Origin: a virus
Taxonomy: Duplodnaviria; Caudoviricetes
Virus record (IMG/VR): IMGVR_UViG_3300032232_001064
Span: 8,860 to 72,859 of that record
Length of the DNA: 64,000 nt
Reading direction: 5' to 3' (one strand)
The position numbers and the translations under genes are program-made. Below the pieces are notes generated by a model, which did not search any database, had not been told where the DNA came from, and saw nothing but the letters and a program-made list of their open reading frames with translations. This document shows positions 17,644-27,800 of the stretch, in pieces; the first letter of the stretch is position 1; each line of letters begins with the position of its first letter.

Positions 17644-18552
17644 TTAACTCGCTGGAAAGCAGCGCTCGTACAGCACGTCAATGTTTTCGTGGAAAGTATT
17701 CTGAGCAACCCAGCTTCGAGCAACATTTGTTATGAGTGCTACTTCAGAGATGTCCGGCCTTGCTCGCGCGTTTGGATTGTTTTTAAGGTACCGAGCGATC
17801 TGCATATCGCATTGATTCGCAAGCGCATCGTCAATGACAGCCTGGGTCATCTTTGTTTCTGAGAAAAACTGATTGACAACCGTGGCAATTTCGTCGATGC
17901 TGTTGTCCCACGGTGAATCAGCGACGAGCTTCCACTCGATGAGAAGTCGCAGTAGTTCAAAGAATGTTCTTGCCGTTTTCGGCATGTTGTTCTCGTTGAC
18001 GTCAAAATCTTCTTTACTCGGGTCAGCAAGTATTGCGTAGAAAAGATGACCAACATTGTCAACAGAAATGATCGGAGCGTACGTCTTAATGTCTCCCATT
18101 GACCCTACTAGTGTGCTGTTGAAGATATCGGAGACTGCAGAGTCAGTTGCTCTTGTAAAAACGTATGGCCCTTTCATTGACGTGTCGCAGCGGCCCGATG
18201 ACAGGTCCTGTGTAGATCGTGAGCCAGTAAACGTAAATATTCCTGTTGAAGAACTTGGTGGTATTGCCAAGTATCTTGAAGCATCTGCGTGATCAATGCT
18301 ATTTATCGAATAGGTTGTGCCGTTGTAGTCCAGCGTGTACGTATAGGTCTTCACCAACCCGCTAAGGCCAAGAAAGATGTTTCCTCTATCGTCGACAAAA
18401 AGACCGCTAGGCTTGTCATAAGTAGGACGAGGGCCACGGTTAACTGTGATCGAGTATTCGCTCGGATCTATAGCCGTGTATGTCGTCGCCGGTGTTGATA
18501 GCCCGTCATGTTGAACGACAAAGATACTTGCATAGTCGTTTAGAGCCGTCAT
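17644..18552 (-). CDS. hypothetical protein (downstream of tail fibre)
   Basis: 302-aa ORF with ATGA-type overlap to the tail fibre stop. Confidence 0.75.
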   Translation of the reverse strand: MTALNDYASIFVVQHDGLSTPATTYTAIDPSEYSITVNRGPRPTYDKPSGLFVDDRGNIFLGLSGLVKTYTYTLDYNGTTYSINSIDHADASRYLAIPPSSSTGIFTFTGSRSTQDLSSGRCDTSMKGPYVFTRATDSAVSDIFNSTLVGSMGDIKTYAPIISVDNVGHLFYAILADPSKEDFDVNENNMPKTARTFFELLRLLIEWKLVADSPWDNSIDEIATVVNQFFSETKMTQAVIDDALANQCDMQIARYLKNNPNARARPDISEVALITNVARSWVAQNTFHENIDVLYERCFPAS

Positions 18553-20780
18553 AACATCGCCACCTTTTGCTTAAGTTCTTCTATCTCTTTGTACAGGTCT
18601 TGGATCAATGCAAGCATCGGTGGAATCATGATCGGCGCACTCCAACCCTCTGCTTCGCCGTCATCATTTATGTCGCACGCGATAGGGTATTTGTCAATAA
18701 GAGTGTCAGCGATAAATCCAGGAATATCCATTCCTTTTCGCTTATCGCCTTCAATTAAGATCTCGTCTTTGTACTTGAATTGGACAACTTCGATGTCCAG
18801 AAGTCTTTTAGGATCAAGATCACTATTTGTAAGCGGAATAATGTCTCGTTTGTACCTTGCCGCGCTGCTAAATCTGCAAAGCGTTCCGCCTGTTGTTGCA
18901 TTGCCCCAATAGGCCGCGGCCGCAGCACTAGTCGACAACGTCGATGTATTAAAGAATGAGGCAGCAGCAAGCTGACCAGAGCACGTGTCGCCTACGTCGC
19001 TTCGAAGAAACGAACTTGCGTGCAAGGTGTCTAGCTTGTCGGCGTCAAGCCCTGTACCAGCGCCGTCATTCTCAGATGTCCAAATTTTAGCGCCTACACC
19101 CGTTGAAGACCAAAACGGTGACACGCCGTCTGTGTAAAAGCCGTCATTGGTCGCCGCAAACCTATAGGCTGGCGCTGCTGCGCTGCCGTTACCTGTTGCT
19201 CTAACCGCAGCCCCTGTTGCGAGACCAGTCACTGTGACCGTGGCCCCTGTCACGGCACCAGTCGCAGCGACAGAGGCACCTGATATAGCGCCAGTCGTTG
19301 CGATCGGCAGTCCTACAAGGCTAATGCCGGCCGGGCCGACGGTGATATTCGGCGTTCCTGTATCGACTCTGCCGACAAATCCAGTCGAAGCACTCAACGA
19401 AAAGTTGATGCCCGTATTTCTGTTAGCTCCTGCGCTTCCATAGATGATGTTAGCACCCATGTATATCGCGTCATTGAGGTTGAGGCACGTACCAGTTATA
19501 CCTACGACAACCGACGATCCAGTGACCACACCAACTCTAATTGCTCCAGTGTTTGGAGTCAGTAGAAATGGTGCAGTAGCTTGACTGCCTTTTGCGACAC
19601 CAGAGTAGACTTGACCTGTATTGCTAATGTGAAGCGACGTAATGTCATTACCGCCAACATCAAGCGATCCGTCATTGCTGATTTTAAGAGGCGCTGCATC
19701 AAAGCCGGATACACCGGCGCCGGCCCAAATGTTCCCAAGCGGTGAAATATGCAATGACTCCGCATCGTTGCCGCCAATGTCGATCTGGCCTGTCGGAGAA
19801 ACTTTAAACTCGCCAGTGCCGGCGGCTGTGCCGATCGTAATGCCGCCGCTATTGGTTATGAAAAGCGCGGTACTCTCGATTGTTCCGACTGCGTCAGTTA
19901 CCGCTCCGGTTTCTGTATTGGCTACTCGGATCGTGTTCGATGTCACAGCTGTGACAACAAATGTGCCGTTATAGCCAGCAGGCGCGAGGCCAGAGATGGT
20001 TACAGCATCGCCGGCGACAAGTGCGTGAGTCGCAGTTGTCGTATACGTAACACTTCCTGCAGCCGGGCTACTCGGCGTGACGGCGCTCGTCGTGTAGTCA
20101 CGTCGCGGTCCGATTCGCACATCGCCCGTCGTGTCAATACGGAATTCTGCATCAGCGAATGAAACACCGCCGGTCCACACTTGACCAGCGTTGTTGACTC
20201 GTAGCCAGTTCGGAGACGTGCCGACAGACAGTTCACCAGTTGCCGACACTTGAAACGGAGCGGTCGAGTATGTAGCTGAGCCGAAGTAGATACCAGTGTC
20301 TTTTACGAAGAATGTCGCCGCACCGGAACCAGCCTGCAACGTTCCTGTGATCGTGACAATTGCAGAAAGCGTTCCTGTCGTGATCTTTCCTGCATTGAGG
20401 TTAGCGATGGCCGCGTTGCCGAGGCCGAATGCCGTCCACTGCTCGGTCGCACCGACAAGTTCCCATCGTGAGATCGCGTTGTCGTTGTCGGTGTCAAACC
20501 ATAGGTCGCCGATGACGTAAGCGCCGCCGACAGGTTCGGTTGCTTGTCTATAGATCGCATTTTTGCCGTCAGCTGTTGCTTGAATGAAGTTGTTGACCTC
20601 ATTGCTCAGCTCGCCAAAGTCGACTTGATTCGGCGCAATCATCGTTCCGATGATTACACGTTGACCAATACTTCTCGGCGCCGGCCGACGCCGAACGGTG
20701 CTGAGGTTTGCCTCTGCTGTAAGAAAGCGCTGCGTGAACGTGCGGCGACTGCGGCGTAAGTTACTGGCCAACTGCGTCAA
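18549..20780 (-). CDS. tail fibre with C-terminal intramolecular chaperone (peptidase S74-like)
   Basis: Gly/Thr-rich beta repeats, LDADKLD motif, then SSAARYKRDI...FKYK...GFIAD...coiled coil LIQDLYKEIEELK. Confidence 0.85.
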   Translation of the reverse strand: MTQLASNLRRSRRTFTQRFLTAEANLSTVRRRPAPRSIGQRVIIGTMIAPNQVDFGELSNEVNNFIQATADGKNAIYRQATEPVGGAYVIGDLWFDTDNDNAISRWELVGATEQWTAFGLGNAAIANLNAGKITTGTLSAIVTITGTLQAGSGAATFFVKDTGIYFGSATYSTAPFQVSATGELSVGTSPNWLRVNNAGQVWTGGVSFADAEFRIDTTGDVRIGPRRDYTTSAVTPSSPAAGSVTYTTTATHALVAGDAVTISGLAPAGYNGTFVVTAVTSNTIRVANTETGAVTDAVGTIESTALFITNSGGITIGTAAGTGEFKVSPTGQIDIGGNDAESLHISPLGNIWAGAGVSGFDAAPLKISNDGSLDVGGNDITSLHISNTGQVYSGVAKGSQATAPFLLTPNTGAIRVGVVTGSSVVVGITGTCLNLNDAIYMGANIIYGSAGANRNTGINFSLSASTGFVGRVDTGTPNITVGPAGISLVGLPIATTGAISGASVAATGAVTGATVTVTGLATGAAVRATGNGSAAAPAYRFAATNDGFYTDGVSPFWSSTGVGAKIWTSENDGAGTGLDADKLDTLHASSFLRSDVGDTCSGQLAAASFFNTSTLSTSAAAAAYWGNATTGGTLCRFSSAARYKRDIIPLTNSDLDPKRLLDIEVVQFKYKDEILIEGDKRKGMDIPGFIADTLIDKYPIACDINDDGEAEGWSAPIMIPPMLALIQDLYKEIEELKQKVAML

Positions 20781-22980
20781 CCTTCCACTCTGGAATCAGA
20801 AGAACCTCGACGCCTTCAGGAAATGCAACACCGTCTGGCACCGAAACTTTTACGTTCTCGATCTTGCGGACGATCAACGTGTCGCGAATCTCGAGGTCGC
20901 TCGCAAGACGCATTTTCACAAATGCATCGTCAACGATGACAGCGCACCAGTCACCAGGTTTGTATGTTCCTACGATCGGTGAGATCGAACCGTTGATCGA
21001 GATCTTTATGTCAGACACTGGAGGGCGAAATTCGTCTAAGTACCGCTGCGCTTGGCTATACAGCACGGCCTCGTCCGCCTCATCTTGCTTTGTCTCGTCG
21101 AGGTCAAGAAGTGGCCAACCAGAGAGCAGAAGATCTGTAGCTGTCGCCGCCGCATACGGTTGGCTAATGTCATCGCCGAGGTCGCTGACGTTGCCGACAA
21201 CAAAGAATCGAGTAGCCGCGTTTTCAGCAGACTCGTCAATCGTCACCTCATTGACATTGCCTGGGTACTCGAACACGAACTTGTCAGCACCGTATCGGCT
21301 AAGTGGTGCAACCTCGCCAGCGGCCGGCGGGTTTGGAAAGTTGATCGGTAGAAACACGAACGTGCGCGTAAATGACCCAGTGACCGGATCATAGTCGCAG
21401 TCAACACGGTACTCAAAGCCGTCGATGACGTCAGAGTATTGGTCAAGTTCTTCGCCGATTGACCGAAGTTCATAGCCACGGTATGTCTTATTGTCGACCT
21501 TGACCGTGCTGTAGTCGCTCGTTGAGTAGTCAAACCCGATGTCTGAATATCCGGGATATGCACCGTACGTGCCACTTATTGCTTGTGGGTACACCGTTCC
21601 GGATCCGGAGACAGTCGTCAACGCAATGTCTGGAGACACGACGTACGGATAGTACGTAAACTTTCTCGATGCCTGTGCCGAGCCTGTTGCTGTAGTAACA
21701 GCCGTCGTAGTAGCATTTGTCACGCTAAATGTGTACGGCGCGACATCGACGTGAATGTCCGTCACGGTGAATGACCCGTTGTATCCAGCCGGGGCGGTGC
21801 CAGAGACAACGACCGTGTCGCCAACGATCAGCGAATGCGGTGCGTCTACTGTATACGTGACCTTACCAGCCGTAGGCGAGCTAGGAGTGACGGCAGTGAC
21901 ATTGAATGTCGGAATTGACACGATCTGATGCGAACCGTTGAATACGACATACGTGTCAGTAGAACCATCGACTCCACTTATCTCGATGCGCTGGCCGGCG
22001 GTGAATCCATGAGCAACAGACGTTGTCAACGTTGCGACATTGCTAGTAAGCTGCTTTTTAGTGATCGTTCTTGTCACGCCTGTGACAGCAGTGCTCGCGA
22101 CGTCTGTTGCAGTTTTAGCGTACGAGATCGTGTTTTCGGTTACTGATTGAATCTCAAAGTCGCCGTTGAACGTGGCGTCTAGGTTTTGTACCGAGACAGA
22201 CTGCCCTGGGATCAGCTCGTGATCTAGTAGCGTCGTAATCGTTGCGACGTTGCCAGTCAACTGCTTATTTGTGATCGAGTACGAATATCCAGCACTTGGT
22301 TGAATATCGCCGTTCGGGAACGAGATATCAGAAAAGTCGATGCCCATCTCGTCGATCAACGCTCGAATATACTCGTACGTGTCGACGCGCACTTTGACTG
22401 TTGTGTTCGAGTGAATTCCGTCAGGAAGCCCAGGCACGGTGACTGTAAATGTCGTACTACTTAGACCTGGAGAAAGAATCGTGTAGTAGCCGTTGAATTG
22501 AAAGTTTCCGACCTCGTAAAACTCAAGCTTGACAGGTCCACCAGCTGAAAACGGAAATGACGCGAAGTCCAAACCGACCGCCGTAAGACCAGAGCCGCCG
22601 GTTGTTACTGCTGTTGCACTGAAGTCGTGACTATACGTCTTCCAGATATTTCTATGGTGAAGGTAGCTTGTGAACTCGGACGCGTTGACGCTCAGAGTCT
22701 TCGAAGACGCCGCGTATGACCGACTCCATATGATTCCGCCCCAAACGCACGCATCGTTTCTTACAACATACAATGCAGTCCTTCCTGGCATTGTGTTGTT
22801 GTAGAGACTCAGTGCCGCGGTATCATCGAATACACCGATGCTTCCTGAAAAAGAACCAGCGCTTTTCAACGCTCTTTCATACGAAACACCGATAAAAGGA
22901 ATCTCTGCAAGAACGGTATTTGTCATCAGATCAACTGTGAAATACCGATATGTTGGAACTATCGAATCAAATGTCGACAT
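20761..22980 (-). CDS. minor tail / baseplate hub protein with inserted beta modules
   Basis: YRYFTVDLMTNTVLAEIP...ALYVVRNDACVWGGIIWSR N-terminus typical of actinophage minor tail proteins; position after Dit. Confidence 0.8.
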   Translation of the reverse strand: MSTFDSIVPTYRYFTVDLMTNTVLAEIPFIGVSYERALKSAGSFSGSIGVFDDTAALSLYNNTMPGRTALYVVRNDACVWGGIIWSRSYAASSKTLSVNASEFTSYLHHRNIWKTYSHDFSATAVTTGGSGLTAVGLDFASFPFSAGGPVKLEFYEVGNFQFNGYYTILSPGLSSTTFTVTVPGLPDGIHSNTTVKVRVDTYEYIRALIDEMGIDFSDISFPNGDIQPSAGYSYSITNKQLTGNVATITTLLDHELIPGQSVSVQNLDATFNGDFEIQSVTENTISYAKTATDVASTAVTGVTRTITKKQLTSNVATLTTSVAHGFTAGQRIEISGVDGSTDTYVVFNGSHQIVSIPTFNVTAVTPSSPTAGKVTYTVDAPHSLIVGDTVVVSGTAPAGYNGSFTVTDIHVDVAPYTFSVTNATTTAVTTATGSAQASRKFTYYPYVVSPDIALTTVSGSGTVYPQAISGTYGAYPGYSDIGFDYSTSDYSTVKVDNKTYRGYELRSIGEELDQYSDVIDGFEYRVDCDYDPVTGSFTRTFVFLPINFPNPPAAGEVAPLSRYGADKFVFEYPGNVNEVTIDESAENAATRFFVVGNVSDLGDDISQPYAAATATDLLLSGWPLLDLDETKQDEADEAVLYSQAQRYLDEFRPPVSDIKISINGSISPIVGTYKPGDWCAVIVDDAFVKMRLASDLEIRDTLIVRKIENVKVSVPDGVAFPEGVEVLLIPEWKVDAVGQ

Positions 22981-23001
22981 GTTCGTCTCTCCATGATGTC
23001 G

Positions 23002-24198
23002 CTAACCTATCCAGCCGGACCTATAGAAAATCCTAAGTGTTGCAGTAGAATTCACTGCGCCTTGATCTACAAACTTTATCTCATTCACGCCTGAACTAAG
23101 TGTTATCCAGTCGGTCAGTGTGTCGACATACGTACGCGCGCCAAGTGTTACTCCATTGAGCGCTACTTCTTTAGTGTACGTGTCGATCTCGAGAATGTCC
23201 TTATCTCGTGACACTAAGCCAGTGACTGCTGAAGGACCAAAGTTTGTCGCCGTGACGCTGTACTTGAATGTTGTTGTTGTTGGCGTATCAGTTACTTCAA
23301 AGACACCGTTTGCAGATGATCCAACGTTTTCTACAACAACTATGTCACCTGGAACCAGCCCGTGAGCTGTGGATGTTGTCAATGTTGCGACATTAGCGAC
23401 GATTTGTGCTGTAGTTACTGACCAGGATCCAGCTTCTCGAAGAGGTGAAACTATTGTCAGCACGGTACTTGTTGTTGTGTTTTTTATTGTTGCCGGCGCT
23501 GTGATCGGCCCAGCGACCTCAAGGAACATAGTGACGGCTGTATTTCCAAGATTTTGGATCTGCACGGCGCCTGTCGCAGACGTCGAATTGTTGAAGCACG
23601 GCAAAGTGACGATGTCATAGCCGTCAACATCTGCGTTGTTCCAAGAATATTTGACAGGATCGGCGGCTCGTAGTCCAACTGAAAACTCCGTACGGCCTTT
23701 CGCGTTGACTGTTTGAAGCTCTGGACGTCCGCTAAGCCGTACGTACGACGCGCGCGTGGGATTCTCGTTTGTCTTCAGCCAAGCGCCACGACGAACAAGA
23801 TCCAGTTCACGAATAAACGTGTCTCGAGCGGCCGGAAGATACTGCGGTTCTGGTGGAAGAATCACACCCTTTAGAGTTATCTGCCGCGCAGCCCATCTTC
23901 CTGATGCATCATATGAACCGTCGCCCCAGCCTCTTGGCACGTCTGGAAGTTCCGGATCAGGATGCTGCCACCAGCCCTCGATGTCAGTGCAAACCCAGAT
24001 GACGTTGTTACTGTCAATCTTGTTGAGCACAAGGCTGCCGATTGAAACGTCCTGCTGGAGCTTCATGCCGGTGAACACCGGCGGAGGTAGCGGAGTCAGT
24101 GACTTATTGACTACGGCCGTTTCTCTACCCTGCTCAGTAAACGCAGGATACGCGCCGTCGCCATACCCTCCTGCACCGTACGCGGGATACGTAGCCAT
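23002..24198 (-). CDS. distal tail protein (Dit-like)
   Basis: DIEGWW...ARQITLKG...FSVGLRAADPVKY...NLGN...GPITAP...W+.L.SG.NEI...YRSGW pattern; position after the tape measure. Confidence 0.8.
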   Translation of the reverse strand: MATYPAYGAGGYGDGAYPAFTEQGRETAVVNKSLTPLPPPVFTGMKLQQDVSIGSLVLNKIDSNNVIWVCTDIEGWWQHPDPELPDVPRGWGDGSYDASGRWAARQITLKGVILPPEPQYLPAARDTFIRELDLVRRGAWLKTNENPTRASYVRLSGRPELQTVNAKGRTEFSVGLRAADPVKYSWNNADVDGYDIVTLPCFNNSTSATGAVQIQNLGNTAVTMFLEVAGPITAPATIKNTTTSTVLTIVSPLREAGSWSVTTAQIVANVATLTTSTAHGLVPGDIVVVENVGSSANGVFEVTDTPTTTTFKYSVTATNFGPSAVTGLVSRDKDILEIDTYTKEVALNGVTLGARTYVDTLTDWITLSSGVNEIKFVDQGAVNSTATLRIFYRSGWIG

Positions 24199-24214
24199 CT
24201 AAGTACCTTCGCGC

Positions 24215-24835
24215 TTACGCCACGTCGCCGTGGGTAATGTTTGTTGTTCCGCCTGTGGACAGCCCGAGGTCAGTAAACTGAAGCCAGCTTCCAGCCTTCG
24301 GTGTTAGTGTTCCAGAAGCTACAGAAACTTGAAGAGGTAGGCGACCTGTGGCCGTGCCTTTTAAGATCATCCCTTTAGCACGTATGACATAAATTGCTGC
24401 CGTGTTTCCACCAGTAATCGCCTTGTTTGTTGTCGAGTTGAACTCGTTAACGCCAGTGTACGATGTCGACGTTCCAACGACTGTTTCAAGTGAAACCTGC
24501 ACGTTTGCTTGAAAGAGTGTTGCCGCTGTTGCAGCCCAGCCAAGTGTGATCGCGCCGGTAGCAGAGTTTGCCACGCGCAAGAAGTACTCGAAGGCGTAAA
24601 GACGATTCAAAGTCAAGTTCGGAGAAACGCCATATGCGTTTGTCGCAACAGTTGTGATCGCTGCGCCGTCAGTTGCTCTGTAGAAAAATTGAGTGTTTGC
24701 AAGTTGATAACTCGTTGCAGCACTTGAATACTTGAATCGGCCATCCAGCGCGTTGATGACTGCGTTGAGAGTAGTTCCCCAAGTGAGGTCACCGTTGTTC
24801 GGGATCGGTGTCACACCGTCAATGAGATTTGCCAT
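24215..24835 (-). CDS. putative minor tail protein
   Basis: Thr/Ala-rich ORF between TMP and Dit; WGTTLN..I..LD N-terminus is seen in tail proteins. Confidence 0.6.
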   Translation of the reverse strand: MANLIDGVTPIPNNGDLTWGTTLNAVINALDGRFKYSSAATSYQLANTQFFYRATDGAAITTVATNAYGVSPNLTLNRLYAFEYFLRVANSATGAITLGWAATAATLFQANVQVSLETVVGTSTSYTGVNEFNSTTNKAITGGNTAAIYVIRAKGMILKGTATGRLPLQVSVASGTLTPKAGSWLQFTDLGLSTGGTTNITHGDVA

Positions 24836-24869
24836 GTTCGCTCCGTTTCAGCGTTGAAGTAATCATAAC

Positions 24870-27800
24870 CTACGCAGCTCCTCGACGAAGCTGGAAGGCA
24901 AGTTGTCGCGACACCATCGCCGCAAGTTCAGCCTCGTCCATGCCCTTAGACGGATAGACATTCAAGTGGATTATGGTGCCACCGGAACGGTCTCTATTTA
25001 GCGGATCATTTTTAACCATCTCTGCTAGACCACTTTGTTTCATGATCTGCATCGCGCGCGCTTGGTTCGTCAATGGAATTATGGCCTCACGACCTGCTTC
25101 ACCTATAAGAGCCAGAGTCGCTTTATTGACAATTCCACCATCAGCAAAAAGAGGGATATCTGGCACATCAAAGCCTTTGCCGCCAATGAGCGGCACCCAG
25201 TCTGGAATGTGGAACGACAACTTTCCGACCGTGTTGTTCCACACGCTTGCTACAGCGTTGAACGCGGATTTGGCCGCGTTTTTTATTCCGTCAAAGAGTC
25301 CAGATGCGAATTTACTTATTCTGTCGGGTATGCCTTTGACAAAGTTGACAATGTTGTCGATTCGATCGCTGACCCAGTCTTTTGCCTCTGTCATTTTGTC
25401 TTTGATCCAATAGAAGCCTCTCGCAAAGCCCGTGGCTATTCTTCCAGTAAGTCCAGAGACAAAACCAACAATGTCGCCGATTCTGTCACTGACCCAATTT
25501 TTTGCCTCGGTCATCTTGGTCTTTATCCAAGAAAACCCATCGGCGAACGCTGAACCGATGCGCCCTGGAAGGTTAATGAAAAAGTTGACTACATCAGTGA
25601 TTCGAAGCGCAATCCAGTCTTTCACTGCTGTGAACTTTGTACGTAGCCACATGAAGCCATCTGCGAATGCTTCTCCAAGTCGACTGGGCAGCCCTCTATA
25701 AAACGCGATGATGTCAAGAATGCGTTGCCAGAGCCAATCTTTTACTTCAGTGAACTTGTCACGTAGCCACATGAAGCCATCTGCGAATGCCGCACCGATC
25801 TTGCCTGGAAGACCGGTAAAGAAGTCGATGACGTCAAGAATCCGTGCCCAAAGCCAGTTTTTTACGGCGATAAACTTATCGCGTAGCCACATGAAGCCAT
25901 CAGCAAAGGCTGCGCCAATCTTGCTAGGTAGGTTCTTGAAGAAGTCAATGACCGCAACAAACGCATTGACAATAAAGTCTTTACCGGCGCTAAAGGCTTT
26001 TTTAATGTATTCCCAGACTTTGGAAAATGCTCCACTTATTTTATTCCAGATGTCAATAAAGAATGTCTTTATGGCACCCCATACCAAGAAGAACGCGTCT
26101 TTAATAGCTCTCCAAGCGGCTGAAAAGTGTTTCTTGACACCGTCCATGTCGCCTCTAAAAAGAGAAAAGATCCCTTGAACGACTTCCCACATGGCTGAAA
26201 AGATTTTTATGACAGCAGCGACGATTGGGATGAAAAACTTTATTGCAGCTTTCAGTCGATCGATGACAATCAACAGTCCAAACTTGATGATCGGAACTAC
26301 ATATTTACCGAGCACGTCGCCGATAGTCTTAAATATGCTATTAAGACTCTTCATAGCGCCTTCGGTTCCACCGAATTTGCTAAGAACGTCGTCAAGCACC
26401 GCCTTTATTTCGTTGAATGCGTCAACAAGTGCGCCCCAAACGACGTCTACAAGATCTTTAATCGCCTTCCTAAAGACCTCGCTCTTTTTGTACGCCATGA
26501 CAAGGATAGCAACCACCGCAGCTATAGCTGCTACGACCGCTAGGCCGATACCGGCGCCTCCACCGAACAGCATTCCAATACCCTCAAACGCCTTAATGAG
26601 GAAGCCCACTATCTTTACAGCTTTGAGTATGTATCCGCCGATAACTCTAAATACGAATCCCACTGCCTTGCTCATGAGACGAAAAGCTTTAACGCCTCCC
26701 ATGATTCCTGCTGCAAACAAAAGAACCTTTTGCACAGACTCATTGCCAAAGACTTTATTGACAACACCTAGTGCTTTTGTCAAGATGCCAAAGAAAACTT
26801 CTAGTGACTTTGTCTCAGTGAATTGCTTAAAGAAAATAACTGCTTGATCTGCAAAATCGGCCAAGTACGGCGATCCTGATGTAAGCGTGTCGATGATCGT
26901 CCCAACGTCTGGAACAACGTCCTTGATCTTGTCGGCAAACGTGCCGATACTTTGGTTATCACCGAGCTTGAGAAATTCCTTGACAACAGTTGTCGCAAGT
27001 GATCCAAGCTTCTCGGTGTTCTTTGAAGTGTCGAGGAAGAACTTTTCAAGTCGACCGTCTTTAAGAAGTTTGTCCGTGAACTCGCTGAATTTCTTTGTAG
27101 CGCCCTCAAACGAGTCCATGAGCAACTGGCCACCGCTACCTGGGCCGGCGGCAGCTTCGCCGATATCCTTAAGGCCTTCCCAGATATTTCTAAAAATTCT
27201 TCCAAGTTGCTTGGCTACGTCGCCGGCCTTCATGAACATGTCACGAAGTTCGCCAGTCTTATTCTTAGTTTCTAGTGTCTCTTTCCAGCCCGTTGTTAGG
27301 GTCGCAATCCATCCTGAAAATTCAGTGATCAGCGGGCCGGCTGCTGTAAGCAGCGAAAGCATCATGTCGTACAGGTTGCCGAAAGCTGTACCCAGATCTT
27401 TAATGACTACATTGTTCGTTTCGCCGATTTCTTCAAGCTCGCTCAGGTTCGACGACTCGGTGACTACGTCAGCAAGGTTGACGGCAACTTCACCGATTGC
27501 CTTGCCCGTCTCTTGGAACATAGGCACAAGAACGGGAAAAAGCTTATCAACAAGCGTCTGCATCGCCTGCGTCAATAGCGGAAATAGATCCTTACCGGCA
27601 GCAGCACGAAGTTCTTTAAACTTGCCTTTGATAGAAACTATGTACTTTACGAAGTCTTGAGCTTCTTTTGAAAGATCGGCAAGCGGATCTGCGCCTCCGC
27701 CGGCTGCGGCAGTTCCCTTTTTAGCGTCTGCTAGCGCTTCTTCAGCATCGACCTGCGAGCGTAGCGCATCGCGCTCAGCCCTGGCTTTCGCATCCGTTGC

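Noticed and set aside
26887-27660. Long plus-strand ORFs (e.g. 257 aa here, 211 aa at 34185..34820, 230 aa at 15383..16075, 218 aa at 3266..3922)
   Set aside because: They are antisense to well-supported genes, with Ser/Arg-rich non-protein-like composition and no RBS; expected shadows in GC-rich coding DNA.
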